64,000 nt of DNA from Bugula neritina (taxonomy: Eukaryota > Animalia > Bryozoa), in assembly GCA_964035545.1 (NCBI GenBank), contig OZ037765.1:372001-436000 (forward strand), in the 5' to 3' direction. A program made the position numbers and the translations under genes. Every line of letters begins with the position of its first letter. Positions within the stretch are counted from its first letter, which is position 1. Below, one piece after another: positions 1 through 11,500 of this stretch. Under the pieces are notes generated by a model that was not told the origin of the DNA, did no database searches, and was given only the letters and a program-made list of their open reading frames with translations.

Positions 1-3000
1 TGCAATGTGAGATGCTGTAGGAGAGGCACTTCAACGCAAAAGAGTATATTACCATAATATAGCGTATAATATGATATAATATATCGTATAATATAATATA
101 TCGTTACATAATAATATTATTCAGAAGCTGCTGTCACTCGTACAGCTGACAGCTACTCACCTGGTGACTGACAGCACCCAGCAGGTAGTTGCAGGTAAGC
201 TATTATTCATGTTCCTTACTTCTAGTGAAATAAGCAGCATATATAAAGGCATCTTACTTTTTATATTATTTCTTCTACTGTTTTGCAGAAATACTATTGA
301 AATACTCTTTTTACAACTGCATGTTTATGTAGAGTATGATCTAGCTGTTACGCAGTGAATAACTTTGGTAGGAGATATATTATTGAGTTAGTTGAAGTTG
401 TAATTACATGCACATGGTAGTCCAAAGAGTGTTGGTGTCTTCAAATACTTTTTAAATAGAGAACTGCAATAACTAAATTAGCAGAGTCTTTCTGTCACAT
501 GAATATTTTTAAGAAATTTACAAAAACCTAAAAGAGTAATTAAAGGACTGTGAGCTGCAGATATTAAACACTACAAACATGAATTACTCAGTAAATGTAG
601 TGCTATAGTATAGTAGACAGTATAGTTAATAGTACATCATGTATGACTGTGTACTATACTACGTAGTACTAGTATATACTGGCCTGTCCAGGTGAATGAC
701 GTAATACTATGTGGGAGGTAGAGTAGGAAACAATATGCACTGTGCCAATTTTAAACTGCATTGGATTGTAAAGAATTTGAAGGAAAAAAGTAAAAAAGAT
801 ATCGAAACTGGTTTATGAAATTGTAGCCACCTTTCAAGTACCAACAATATCAATTTAGATTTAGAAATAGACAAAATTATTTAAAGACAGAGTTAGGTCC
901 TGGGGCTAATGTGTAACATGTATAGGGTGGGTTTAGAAATGCTCCTTAATAACAGAGTAGGTCCTCCATCCATTCAGAGTGCAGAGGTAACTTGGATAAT
1001 ATAGCTTATAAAATAAAATAAATTGATGATAAATAATTGTCTATGTAAAAGAGACCCAAAGGAGTAATAAGACGTGATGCAAGATTGTAATAACAATTAG
1101 TGAGCATTGCAATTGTTAAACTTGTATGCTCACTAATGACGTTCTTGAAAGGTCAGCAATGAGGTGGCCGACAGCAGTTAGCTAACAGCTGTGCTGTCTC
1201 TCCACTCCACTCACGGCAGCAGGTATATCTGGGCTCGTCTCTCAGCCAATCAGAAGCTACATGGCTGTTTCCAAAAGCTGTTTGTTGTGTTTAGAGATCA
1301 ATTTTTACAAAATACTTTTTTGTATTTAATCCAGCTGCAAATCTATAGCATACTGAGTGTAGCTCAATAACATGCAGCGTGAGTTTATTGCAGTATAACT
1401 ATAATATAACGTAATTACAGTATAATATTATATAGTATAATATAATATTATGTTATAATTACAGTATAATATAATATAGCATAAAATAGCATAATATGAT
1501 ATAATACAACATAGTAATATACAATACAATATATAGTATAACACAGCATACTATAATATATTACAGACTAATACAATATATAATATAATATACTGTAATA
1601 TGGTATAAGGTAGTACGCTATCATGATATAATAATATATATCTTGTTATTCATCTCTATATATATAAATGAATAATTTAATTTTTAGCTACAACATGGCT
1701 GATACAAATGAGTCAAGACTGACTATTCAATTCACACTCCATTAGTTCTAATAAAATTCATTTATAATAATATTTTAATCATCGAAATTAAACCAACCAT
1801 AAAACGTAATGAGTCATAAACAGCTGGCAGCTTGCCAACTAACTGTTTTCTTCAACACAGGTGAGGGCGTTATACCCCCTCCCGTACTACACAACTATGG
1901 TGATGGGTACAGGGTCTTTAGTCCAGTGCTGTATTTCATCCAATATACTGAAGTTATGATTGTAACAGAATAGAAAACAGTTTTATAGTTTCTGAAATGA
2001 TTTTTCATCAAGCAAATTTGGTTAATTCAGTCACAATATTTTTAAAGGTAGAACTCTAGACTTTCGAATTATCAGAAAAGCATTCTTTGCTAAAATCAAT
2101 AGCCACTAATAGTTCAATAACACATTTATTGCTACTTCTTAAGGCTGTAGAATTCATAGCAATTATTCTAAAGATTTTCCATGAACACTGAATGTAATGT
2201 CGCAACTCTAACAACATTAACATTAAATTAAGTGATTTTAATTTATTATGTTGCTATTAGGCAGCTGTGAGCATGACCTGAATAGACCTGCACTTACCTA
2301 CACTTACCTACACTTACCTAGATTACAGTGACTTACTTTAATTGAATATTACATAACAAAGGCAGCATTGACTGGTGAAAAGCTTTCCACAATCACTTGA
2401 CAGCTGCTGCTACTGCCACTAAAACTAATTATGTAATTCCTTTTCACTGCAATTCATTTCTTTATTAAAACATTATCAAACAACTTAGAGTATATTAGAC
2501 AGAGCATACCTAAAAGGTGTGTGAGCTTGACCCTGAGTGCTCAAGTAACTCGGGGAGTTGTAGGCGCTGTATAATTCATTCAATAGACTCTGCAAATCAT
2601 AGTATAGAGTCCTAGAATTTAGACTAAAGCATAAAATTGGCTCAACTAAATTATTTATTGTTTTTGTGTTATTAAAATATTTTTGTATTGATTAGAATTT
2701 TAATAATAACTATTTTAACAAATATTTTACCAGAATCATTGTGATATTGTTTTTGTTTTATGCATCAAAGCAGTTTAGTTTCTGCATGAAATATTGTCTT
2801 TTTAGCTCTCAAATAGCTAATAGTTTGGCTGTTCCTAAATGTCATGTTGTGTACGTGAAAAGCTTTATTGCAGACCAAAACTGAATAGCGTTGAAAGCTT
2901 ACAGTTAACCTTCCTTTAAACATTGTCATTGATAAATGCACTGCCATTAGTACAGCGTTATGTAACGTAAATATCTAAAATTAACAAAAAAGTACTGAAG

Positions 3001-3481
3001 AAATAGCTTTGCTATGCCTTATCTTAGCAGTCCGCCAGTTGAGTGAAATAAAGTGTAACATGTAATATAAAATGTTTTACCATTAGTCAAATAAGTCGCA
3101 GTAATTTTTTATAACACAAGTTTAATTTTTGAAAAGGAAGTTATTAATGGCCTATACAATGAAGAATGTATTGTGTAGATTATAAATTATATATAGAACA
3201 TAAAACATAGGGTGTAGAGTGTACAGAGTATAGAGTAGATAACATAGAGTGTATAGTAGGTAGAGTAAAGAGTATATAGTATAGAATAGATAATATAAGG
3301 TATAGATATATACAGCCAGCTCAGCTAATTAACAAATTTCAAGCTTCATTTATAAACTCTTCAAAAGTTTGATATATTTTCTGTCTGTTGACCTTTAGGA
3401 GAGAGAAAATATGTTTCCTGTTAATATTTTGTTAAATAATGTAAATGATTTTTGTGTATTTATAGACGGAGACTGAGAAAC

Positions 3482-4813
3482 ATGGCTGCCAACTCTTCTA
3501 CGGGGAATGATACCCTAGCACAGCTCGCCAACCTGACCATCAACATGTTTGAGTGTGACAACGAAATCGATCTCAACGATGTATACATGAAGCATATTCC
3601 AGCTGCACTGACCACCAGTAAAATTCTCTCTCCAATATGGTGGAGCATCGGAATTGTGGGTAACATCCTGGCACTTCTGGTCTGGCTGCAACCGAAGATG
3701 AGACACAGTTCGGGGTTCTATTTAGCGGCTCTAGCAGTCTCGGACATCATCTTCCTGGTGTTCCGCATGGTGTACGAGATACATTACATCTACAACAAGG
3801 ATCTACTTGACAAGCAGGTTCTGTGTCAGTGGTTCCCTATCTCCTTCATGTCTGTCCAGATATTATCCCCCTTGTTTGTCCTGGCGTTTACTGTCGAGAG
3901 ATATCTGTCTGTGTGCCACCCGTTCCGTATGGTGAACCTCCACCAGAGTAACCACAAGGTCACCATGCTAGTCATCACGGGGCTCACCTTCCTGGCCTTT
4001 GGTCTCAGTGCCATACAAGGCTACTTCTTTACAGTAGAAGACGGTATCTGTAACATCAGACTAGTTGTGAGCACGTCCGGCCTGCTCGCCAGATACTCCT
4101 GGACTACGGAGATGCTAGTTTTTGCTGCGGTCCCGCTAACTATTCTCTGCCTGAATGTCTTAGTGATTCTAGAAGTCCGTAATATATCTAATCTGGAGAA
4201 ACAGAACATGAGAATAAAGAGTATTGATCAGAGATCCACCACACTAACTCTTCTAGGAGTTTCTTTCTACCTCATCCTAACCATCTTCCCTGTCACCATC
4301 ATCTTTGTCCTCTACAACACCTACGGTGACAAGAAGCTGAACCTAAACCTCTGTCTAACTGACGAAGAGATCAATAACGACGCGGCCTGGCAGTCACACC
4401 TCAGATACACAAGTTTTAAGATCCTTATCGAGGCAATCTGCCAATCTCATCACATGATCAACTTCTTTATTTACCTGCTGATGGGGAAGCAATTCCGAGT
4501 GCAACTTCGCGAGATGGTGATAATGTTCTTCTGCAAGAGGAAGCTGTCGCATGTGGCAGTCAACACTAATGGTCTCTGTAACGGCACGAGGACAACCAGA
4601 GCTAGCGTGTCCTCCAACAGAGGAAGTATCGGGCGCGGTCGGCTGAACGGAGTTGTCAAATGCGAGACAGATCAGTGTAACAATGAGAAGAATGGGAGTT
4701 GTGTGTACCACGTGGGCGAGATAGAAGCCGACAGTCATATAATCTCTAACAACGCTGCCAATATGAAACTGCTGACTTGTGAGGAAGAGTCTGAGGTAGA
4801 TCTGAATGACTGA
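3482..4813 (+). CDS. Class A (rhodopsin-like) 7TM GPCR, FMRFamide/sex-peptide-receptor-like peptide receptor group
   Basis: Single-exon ORF with 7 hydrophobic segments: GIVGN (TM1), LAALAVSD (TM2), FTVERYLSVCHPF (TM3, ERY), VPLTIL (TM5) and INFFIY (TM7). The first ATG is at 3482, just after a tttatag acceptor (3464-3465), so the track's 3452 start is intronic. Confidence 0.9.
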   Translation: MAANSSTGNDTLAQLANLTINMFECDNEIDLNDVYMKHIPAALTTSKILSPIWWSIGIVGNILALLVWLQPKMRHSSGFYLAALAVSDIIFLVFRMVYEIHYIYNKDLLDKQVLCQWFPISFMSVQILSPLFVLAFTVERYLSVCHPFRMVNLHQSNHKVTMLVITGLTFLAFGLSAIQGYFFTVEDGICNIRLVVSTSGLLARYSWTTEMLVFAAVPLTILCLNVLVILEVRNISNLEKQNMRIKSIDQRSTTLTLLGVSFYLILTIFPVTIIFVLYNTYGDKKLNLNLCLTDEEINNDAAWQSHLRYTSFKILIEAICQSHHMINFFIYLLMGKQFRVQLREMVIMFFCKRKLSHVAVNTNGLCNGTRTTRASVSSNRGSIGRGRLNGVVKCETDQCNNEKNGSCVYHVGEIEADSHIISNNAANMKLLTCEEESEVDLND

Positions 4814-7668
4814 TTGATGGATATGAAGTGGATGACTTTATTACATTCCTAGTCCGGTTAGGCTGGCCGCACGATCAGTATACTCATGTATTGTACCTCA
4901 AAAGATAATTATGCGTTATAATTTATTAGACTTCCCTTTTGTTATAGCTAAAATAAATTTGTATATATTTTGTAAAAATGATTGTTCATATAATAATGTT
5001 ATTAATATTTTAATTTAGTGAAAACAATTAATGTATATATTGATTCATAAATATTTATTACATTTAATATCCTGCCAACTATTTGAATCACTTTTCATTT
5101 CGTGTCAATATTTTGTGAAAACATTTCCTATTAATAGCCACATAAATTTTATTATTTATTTTCTATGAGCAGTAAAATGATTTATTATAATTATATAAAT
5201 AAACTAGTGTGAATATTGCATCACATAAAGGAATGTGTAAAGCCAACATCAGTATATACAACCGCAGAGCACACACTGTTGAAGTCTTGCTACTGAATAT
5301 ACAGTCTCAAATTGCTACGAGATCTTCTAACTATTTGTAAAGTGAAAACACTAGTCAGTCATACAAATATTATACTGGTTATGCATTCATGACTTTGTGA
5401 AGATTAAATCTCAATCTTCCATTAAACTAAAAACGTTACGTTAGACTCTGAGGAAACTCTTTGTGTAGTTCATTACAAAATCTCATGTTTTGTGAAAAGA
5501 GAAAATATTTTTAGATGTAAGAATATTATTTCAACGTCTTGCTTGCTGAATGAGCCAAGGCATGTCTCTGTAGCCACTGGAATAACGGAGCTTAGAAACA
5601 AGCAGTTATTAGGAAAGTTGGTTTCTACATGCACACTGTTGTTCTATAAGAAAACTAGAAAATAAATTAATCATAATATTATGAAAAATTATAAATCATA
5701 TTTACATCTCATCTCATATTTCTAATTGTTGTAATTTCTTAAAATAATAAAATAAGAACTATAATTATAATATTTTAAACATTCAATTTATGAATATTAT
5801 GCTGAGATAGTTGCACTATAATATTATATATATTTTACCCACACGCATTTTCTGCTACTAAATTGGTATATGAGCCTGAGTCTATATATAGCTTCAGGTC
5901 CTAAGTCTATGAGAGAGTGAGATGTCTATCTCGCAGTACATATTATAAGCCTGTGTACTGAGCAGCAATATAAGCTTCATTAGCTTATCAGCAAAACCAT
6001 CACTGTGACAATGTCACTGATTCCAAGTGTCAGTTTTATGAATGAAAGTTTTAGGAAATCACTCTACAAAAGTTGAGACTTTGCAGCAGACGATTAAAGC
6101 AAATCTGCACTTCGTAGTCATCAATAATTATCTATTGTGCATAGAAGACAACTTCCACTGGCAAACACTAATTTATAAAAAGCTATTTTTAGCTGGTAAT
6201 GTATACATGACTTTCACCTAGCTGTCACAACTATAATACTAATGACTCACTAAGAGAATAATGATGAGTTTACTAAAAGCATTCCTTATAAAGATAACAC
6301 AACTTTACAATAACACATGGAAAGCATTGAGAAGGGAATGTGATACGAAAATCTATCAGATAAGATGGAATCAGAGCATGTAGCGTACAGGTGAGGTAAA
6401 TACTACAGTGTCAGGTAACAGAGGTGATGTACAGTTCATTGGTTAATGTGAATAAGTGAAAGGTGTTTAGTAATAATAAAGAATGTTTCGTTGAATTTCT
6501 TACAATATAATAATATTTAATTCTGTAATACCTGTTAGATCCCATATAGCTACTGTATAATATATACTCTCTACTAATACTAGATCCTAGCTACTGTATA
6601 ATATACCCTCTACTAATACTAGAAAGTCAATGTTGTAACTGTTTGTGATTGTCAGTCAAACTGTTTTGGTTTTAAACGCATAAAAACACATAAAAATGTA
6701 ACAAAATAATAAATGCATAGCAACTTTAATGTTATATACAATATTGAATAATAACAACAAGTGGTATAGAACAGTTGAAAGTATAATATACTAAAGTACA
6801 TGCTAGGTAAATAGACCTCCTCTCTCACCCCTCTCTCACCCCTCTCCCCCCCCCCCCCCCCAGAATATTTACTCATGTAGCCTCTTCAGGCGTACGGAGT
6901 CAGTTAGAATGAACAAGTTTCATGTGGAGGAGACAACTTAAAGTACTTCATATCTGTATTTATTGCTGGTCTTGTATACTGCTATATTACTATATTACTA
7001 GAAGAGCAAATGAGGGCTTACACTGGTTGTGGAAACATTAGACAGGGGGGGAATAACTTCAGATACTATGCATATCCAGCGGGGGGATAACTTCACACTA
7101 TTTGAAGAGAAATATCACTGTGTAACATGCAGATGAATCGAATATGACAAACTCAAGTAGTATTAATGCTAGCAAAAAGTCCTCAAATACTCACCCAGTA
7201 TTTCTACAGTGTCTCAGTCTAAATCCCTCGCTCTAGCACCAGGTCAAGGTCAAGTTGTAGTTTAAGAATATGTGAGCTCTGAGATTTAATATAACACTGT
7301 CTATAAATAAGATTTTACTTTGGTTTTGAGAGTAATACAGACCAATAGAAAAGTACTGAGTATAAAGGTGCTTGTATAATAGAAGAGCGAAGTTGAAAAT
7401 GATTTTAACATTTAATATCCAGTCCAATAAAATTTAAAACGCCGACAAAGATGGAAAGACTATACTGACATGAAATGCCGGACTTTAAATTGGCAAGCCA
7501 GGCTGAGATAACTGATTGAGCTTCGAACTACATATACTAGTTTCAGTTGTTTGGGCCAGGCTAAAAACAGAATAATATTAAATGTAGCATAAAATTGCTA
7601 ACTCTTATTATGTTACCAAAATTTAATATAGCAGTAAATCACAATAAATCGACTTTATTTTAAATATT

Positions 7669-7962
7669 GTGTGTGTGCTGTGTGTGTGCTGTGTGTGTGC
7701 TGTGTGTGTGCTGTGTGTGTGCTGTGTGTGTGCTGTGTGTGTGCTGCGTGCGTGCTGTGTGTGTGTGTGTGTGCTGTGTGTGTGTGTGTTGTGTGTGTGC
7801 TGTGTGTGTGCTGTGTGTGTGTGTGCTGTGTGTGTGCTGTGTGTGTGCTGCGTGCGTGCTGCGTGCGTGCTGCGTGCGTGTGTGCTGTGTGTGTGCTGCG
7901 TGCGTGCTGCGTGCGTGCTGCGTGCGTGCTGCGTGCGTGCTGCGTGTGTGCTGCGTGTGTGC

Positions 7963-7998
<36 letters not shown>

Positions 7999-8011
7999 CG
8001 TGTGTGTGTGT
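7669..8011. repeat. Compound (GT)n/(GTGCTGT)/(GCGT) microsatellite
   Basis: Visible directly; it explains the Cys/Val and His/Thr ORFs in all frames. Confidence 0.95.
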
Positions 8012-8280
8012 GATGTTTAAAGTAGATGCAGTATATATCATTACACAGATTCTTATTGAATTACACAACTATAAATACATTCCGGGGTTCAATACACAAA
8101 CACAAGCCATCAGTATACTTGACTGCCCTTCAAAAGATTATCTTCTTTGAGCATTTCAATAAAATGCAAGTCAATAAGTAAGAGTATCCAGTAGCAGTTG
8201 CCAAAGTAGACTCTAAACTCAAGTAATCAGTTACATAATGCAGAAGGAGGAAAGTGCAGGCTATATTCTACTGGGTAGTT

Positions 8281-8338
8281 ACACCTGTGACCTGTGACCT
8301 GTGACCTGTGACCTGTGACCTAATACCTGCGACCTGTG
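8281..8338. repeat. 7-bp tandem repeat (ACCTGTG)n
   Basis: acacctgtgacctgtgacctgtg... upstream of the ankyrin ORF. Confidence 0.85.
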
Positions 8339-8577
8339 TGATGGAAGATTTCTTGAAGGTATAAATTAATACTAAGTCATTTTAAAAATAAGATTTAGAA
8401 ACATTGAAATAAACTATATTTTCCAAAGCAAAATATTCCAAGAACAGGAAAAAAAGCAAAATTCTGTGGTCTGGACATTTCTTTTATATAAACTTTGTCA
8501 TCCATTGTAAAATTCTTATAACTGGAGCTAAATGAACTCTTGGAGAGAAGTGTAGTATATATATGCAGTGAAATAGA

Positions 8578-11500
8578 ATGAATTTTACGCCATTTAGCGA
8601 AACAGAACTGCACAGAGCCAAAAATAGAAGGGCAGCAAAACTTGCTGTCGAGTCAGTCATACCAGAAAAACAAAAAGACTTCATCTTATGTAATAATGAA
8701 GCTTGGTGCACAGCTTTACACACAGCTGCTGGGAATAGTAGAACCGATGTGGTGGAGTATCTCTGTAAACTCTGTCAAGATAGTGATGAACTGATACTAA
8801 AAAAAGATTGTTATGGTAAGACAGCGCTACACCATGCTAAAACTCGAGACGTAGCCGAAGTACTCGTATCATCAGTCACATTTGAAAGGCAGAGAGAATT
8901 TATATTATCTTGTGACAAGAATGATCGTACAGCCTTGCACGCAGCTGCTAGTGAGGGTAGAACAGATGTAGTGGAATATCTCTGTAGATTACTTCCACCT
9001 GATGATGAACTAGTACTTAAGAAAGATAGGTATTACGGTGGAACAGCCCTGCATTATGCTGCGAATGAAGACATAGCCAAACTACTTGTATCATCAGTTA
9101 CACCGAAGAGGCAGAGAGAATTTATATTATCTTGTGACACAAAACAGCGCACAGCTTTGCACGCAGCTGCTAGTGAGGGTAGAACTGATGTAGTGGAGTA
9201 TCTCACCAGGTTATACCCATCTGATGATGAACTAATACTAAGCAGATGCTGTCACGGTTGGACAGCGCTTCATTATGCTAGGAATAGAAAGATAGCAGAG
9301 TTACTTCTGGAATCAGTCTCACCAGATGTGAAGAGAGAACTCGTTTTCTGTGTTGATGAAGACGAGTGTACAGCATTGCATGCAGCTGCAACTAGTGGCA
9401 GAACTGATGTGGTGACGTATCTCTGTGGATTATATCCAAACAATGATGAACTGGTGTTAAAGAAAGACAGTTATTTTAGAAGAACCGCGTTGCACTTTGC
9501 TAAGAATGGAGAGACAGCAAAAGCCCTAGTAGAAGCAGTTAGTCCGGACAAGCAGAAAGATTTTATATTCTCCCCAGATAAGGAGTTATGTACAGCACTG
9601 CACGTAGCTGCTTCATACGATCGGCCTGGGGTAGTAAAATATCTGTGTCGCCTGCCTCCTTGTATTAGCGCTGACCTTCTACTAGCACAAGATGCCGGCA
9701 GCCACACGCCTCTACATAATGCCTCCAGTGGAACTGTTGCTCTGAAACTTCTTTCCTTCCAAGAGCTTTCTGCAATAAGCAAAGTATTGGTAGCAGAAGA
9801 TGATAGAGGTAACACATGTATGTTGTGGCTATGTCAGCAAGGGCAACACGGTGCTTTGAGTGAACTCCTTCAGTTTGTAGAGGAAAGCTATGACTCACAG
9901 ATATTGAAGACTCATATACGTAAACGTAATAAATTGGGTCAGAATATATTGCACCTTGCTGCCTTGTCAGCATCTCTTGACGAGCTATTTGATGTGCTGC
10001 AAGATTACCTGCACCTAATGGATGTCAAGGACATGATGCATCCAGATATATATGGCAATACGCCAATACATTATGTTGCTGCCAAATATAACGTCGGCAT
10101 TTTCACTAACTTAATTCTACATCTTCCCATGTCAATAAGGCAAGGCGTTCTAGGTTTACCAAACATACAAATGACCGACTGCAAAAAAATAATAAAAACA
10201 AAATCGTTCCATAAATCATTTTATTTTCATAAAATACTTTGCAATAGAGAAGCCCCAAATATGTTTGAAACGCTCAAGGTTTTAAAAGCTGGATTGTTTT
10301 CAACCCACACAGACTATCGTGATAGCGTGTACAAGTTTACGGAGAATATTCTCAAAGTACTAAAATATTGCTTGAATGAATATTCGCTGCTGGACTCTGC
10401 TTACACGACGTCACATACTCTGTTCTCTTCGGCTGTGGGTGCACAGCACGCTTTTGTTTCAGCAACTCAGAGAAGCCAAATGCAGGCAGAAGAGGTAAGT
10501 ATATGATAGAGAGAAGAGGTAAGTATATGATAGAGACAAGAGGTAAGTATATAGTAGAGTGAAGAGGTAAGTATATGATAGAGAGAGAAGATGTAAGTAT
10601 CTGATAGAGAAGAGGTAAGTATATAATACAGAGAGAAGAAGTAAGTATACGATAGAGAGGAAGTAAGTCTATAACACAGAGAAGTGCTTTGAGTCTGGCT
10701 TAATTATTTTTATAATTCATGAAGTAAATAACATATGGTTGAATGATATTAACATATTTACCAGTAATAGAACAATACAATAGATCTCTATAGTATAGGA
10801 TGTATTGGATCTGTATATACCATAGAGAGTGTTGGAGGATGATGTCATGTGCATCGTAATAGACATGAGCAGAGTTCACCAACCTAAACAGGAAACAGCC
10901 CAGAATATTCTCAATGATATGGATCAGCCCAGCTACAGTGCTAAACCTAAGGCATAGTTCATCATAGTATAATAGCTATCATACTATTATATATTATTAT
11001 ATTAAATATACCATGTGTCAGCAGGTAGCTGTCATATATGTCATGTGTCAACAGGTAGCTGTCATACATGTCATGTGTCAACAGGTAGCTGTCATACATG
11101 TCATGTGTCAACAGGTAGCTGTCATACATGTCATGTGTCAACAGGTAGCTGTCATACATGTCATGTGTCAACAATTAGCTGTCATATATGTCATGTGTCA
11201 ACAGGTAGCTGTCATATATGTCATGTGTCAACAGGTAGCTGTCATACATGTCATGTGTCAACAGGTAGCTGTCATACATGTCATGTGTCAACAGGTAGCT
11301 GTCATACATGTCATGTGTCAACAGGTAGCTGTCATACATGTCATGTGTCAACAGGTAGCTGTCATACAAAGCTCTGTGAAAGAATCTGAGTCAAATCTCA
11401 CACCACCAGGTCCTGACTATCTGATAATCTCAGTGAAGTATGGCTCAGAAAACTATGAAAGGTGAAGGTTACATTATATCCATCACATTATCATTCACTA

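Noticed and set aside
1096-1137. Short hairpin attagtgagcat...atgctcactaat
   Set aside because: A 12-bp stem alone is insufficient to call an ncRNA or element.
3460-4738. Minus-strand ORFs overlapping the GPCR
   Set aside because: They are shadow ORFs of a GC-richer coding region with no recognisable motifs.
7655-8150. Cys/Val-rich and His/Thr-rich ORFs (metallothionein-like appearance)
   Set aside because: They are translations of a (GT)n-type microsatellite.
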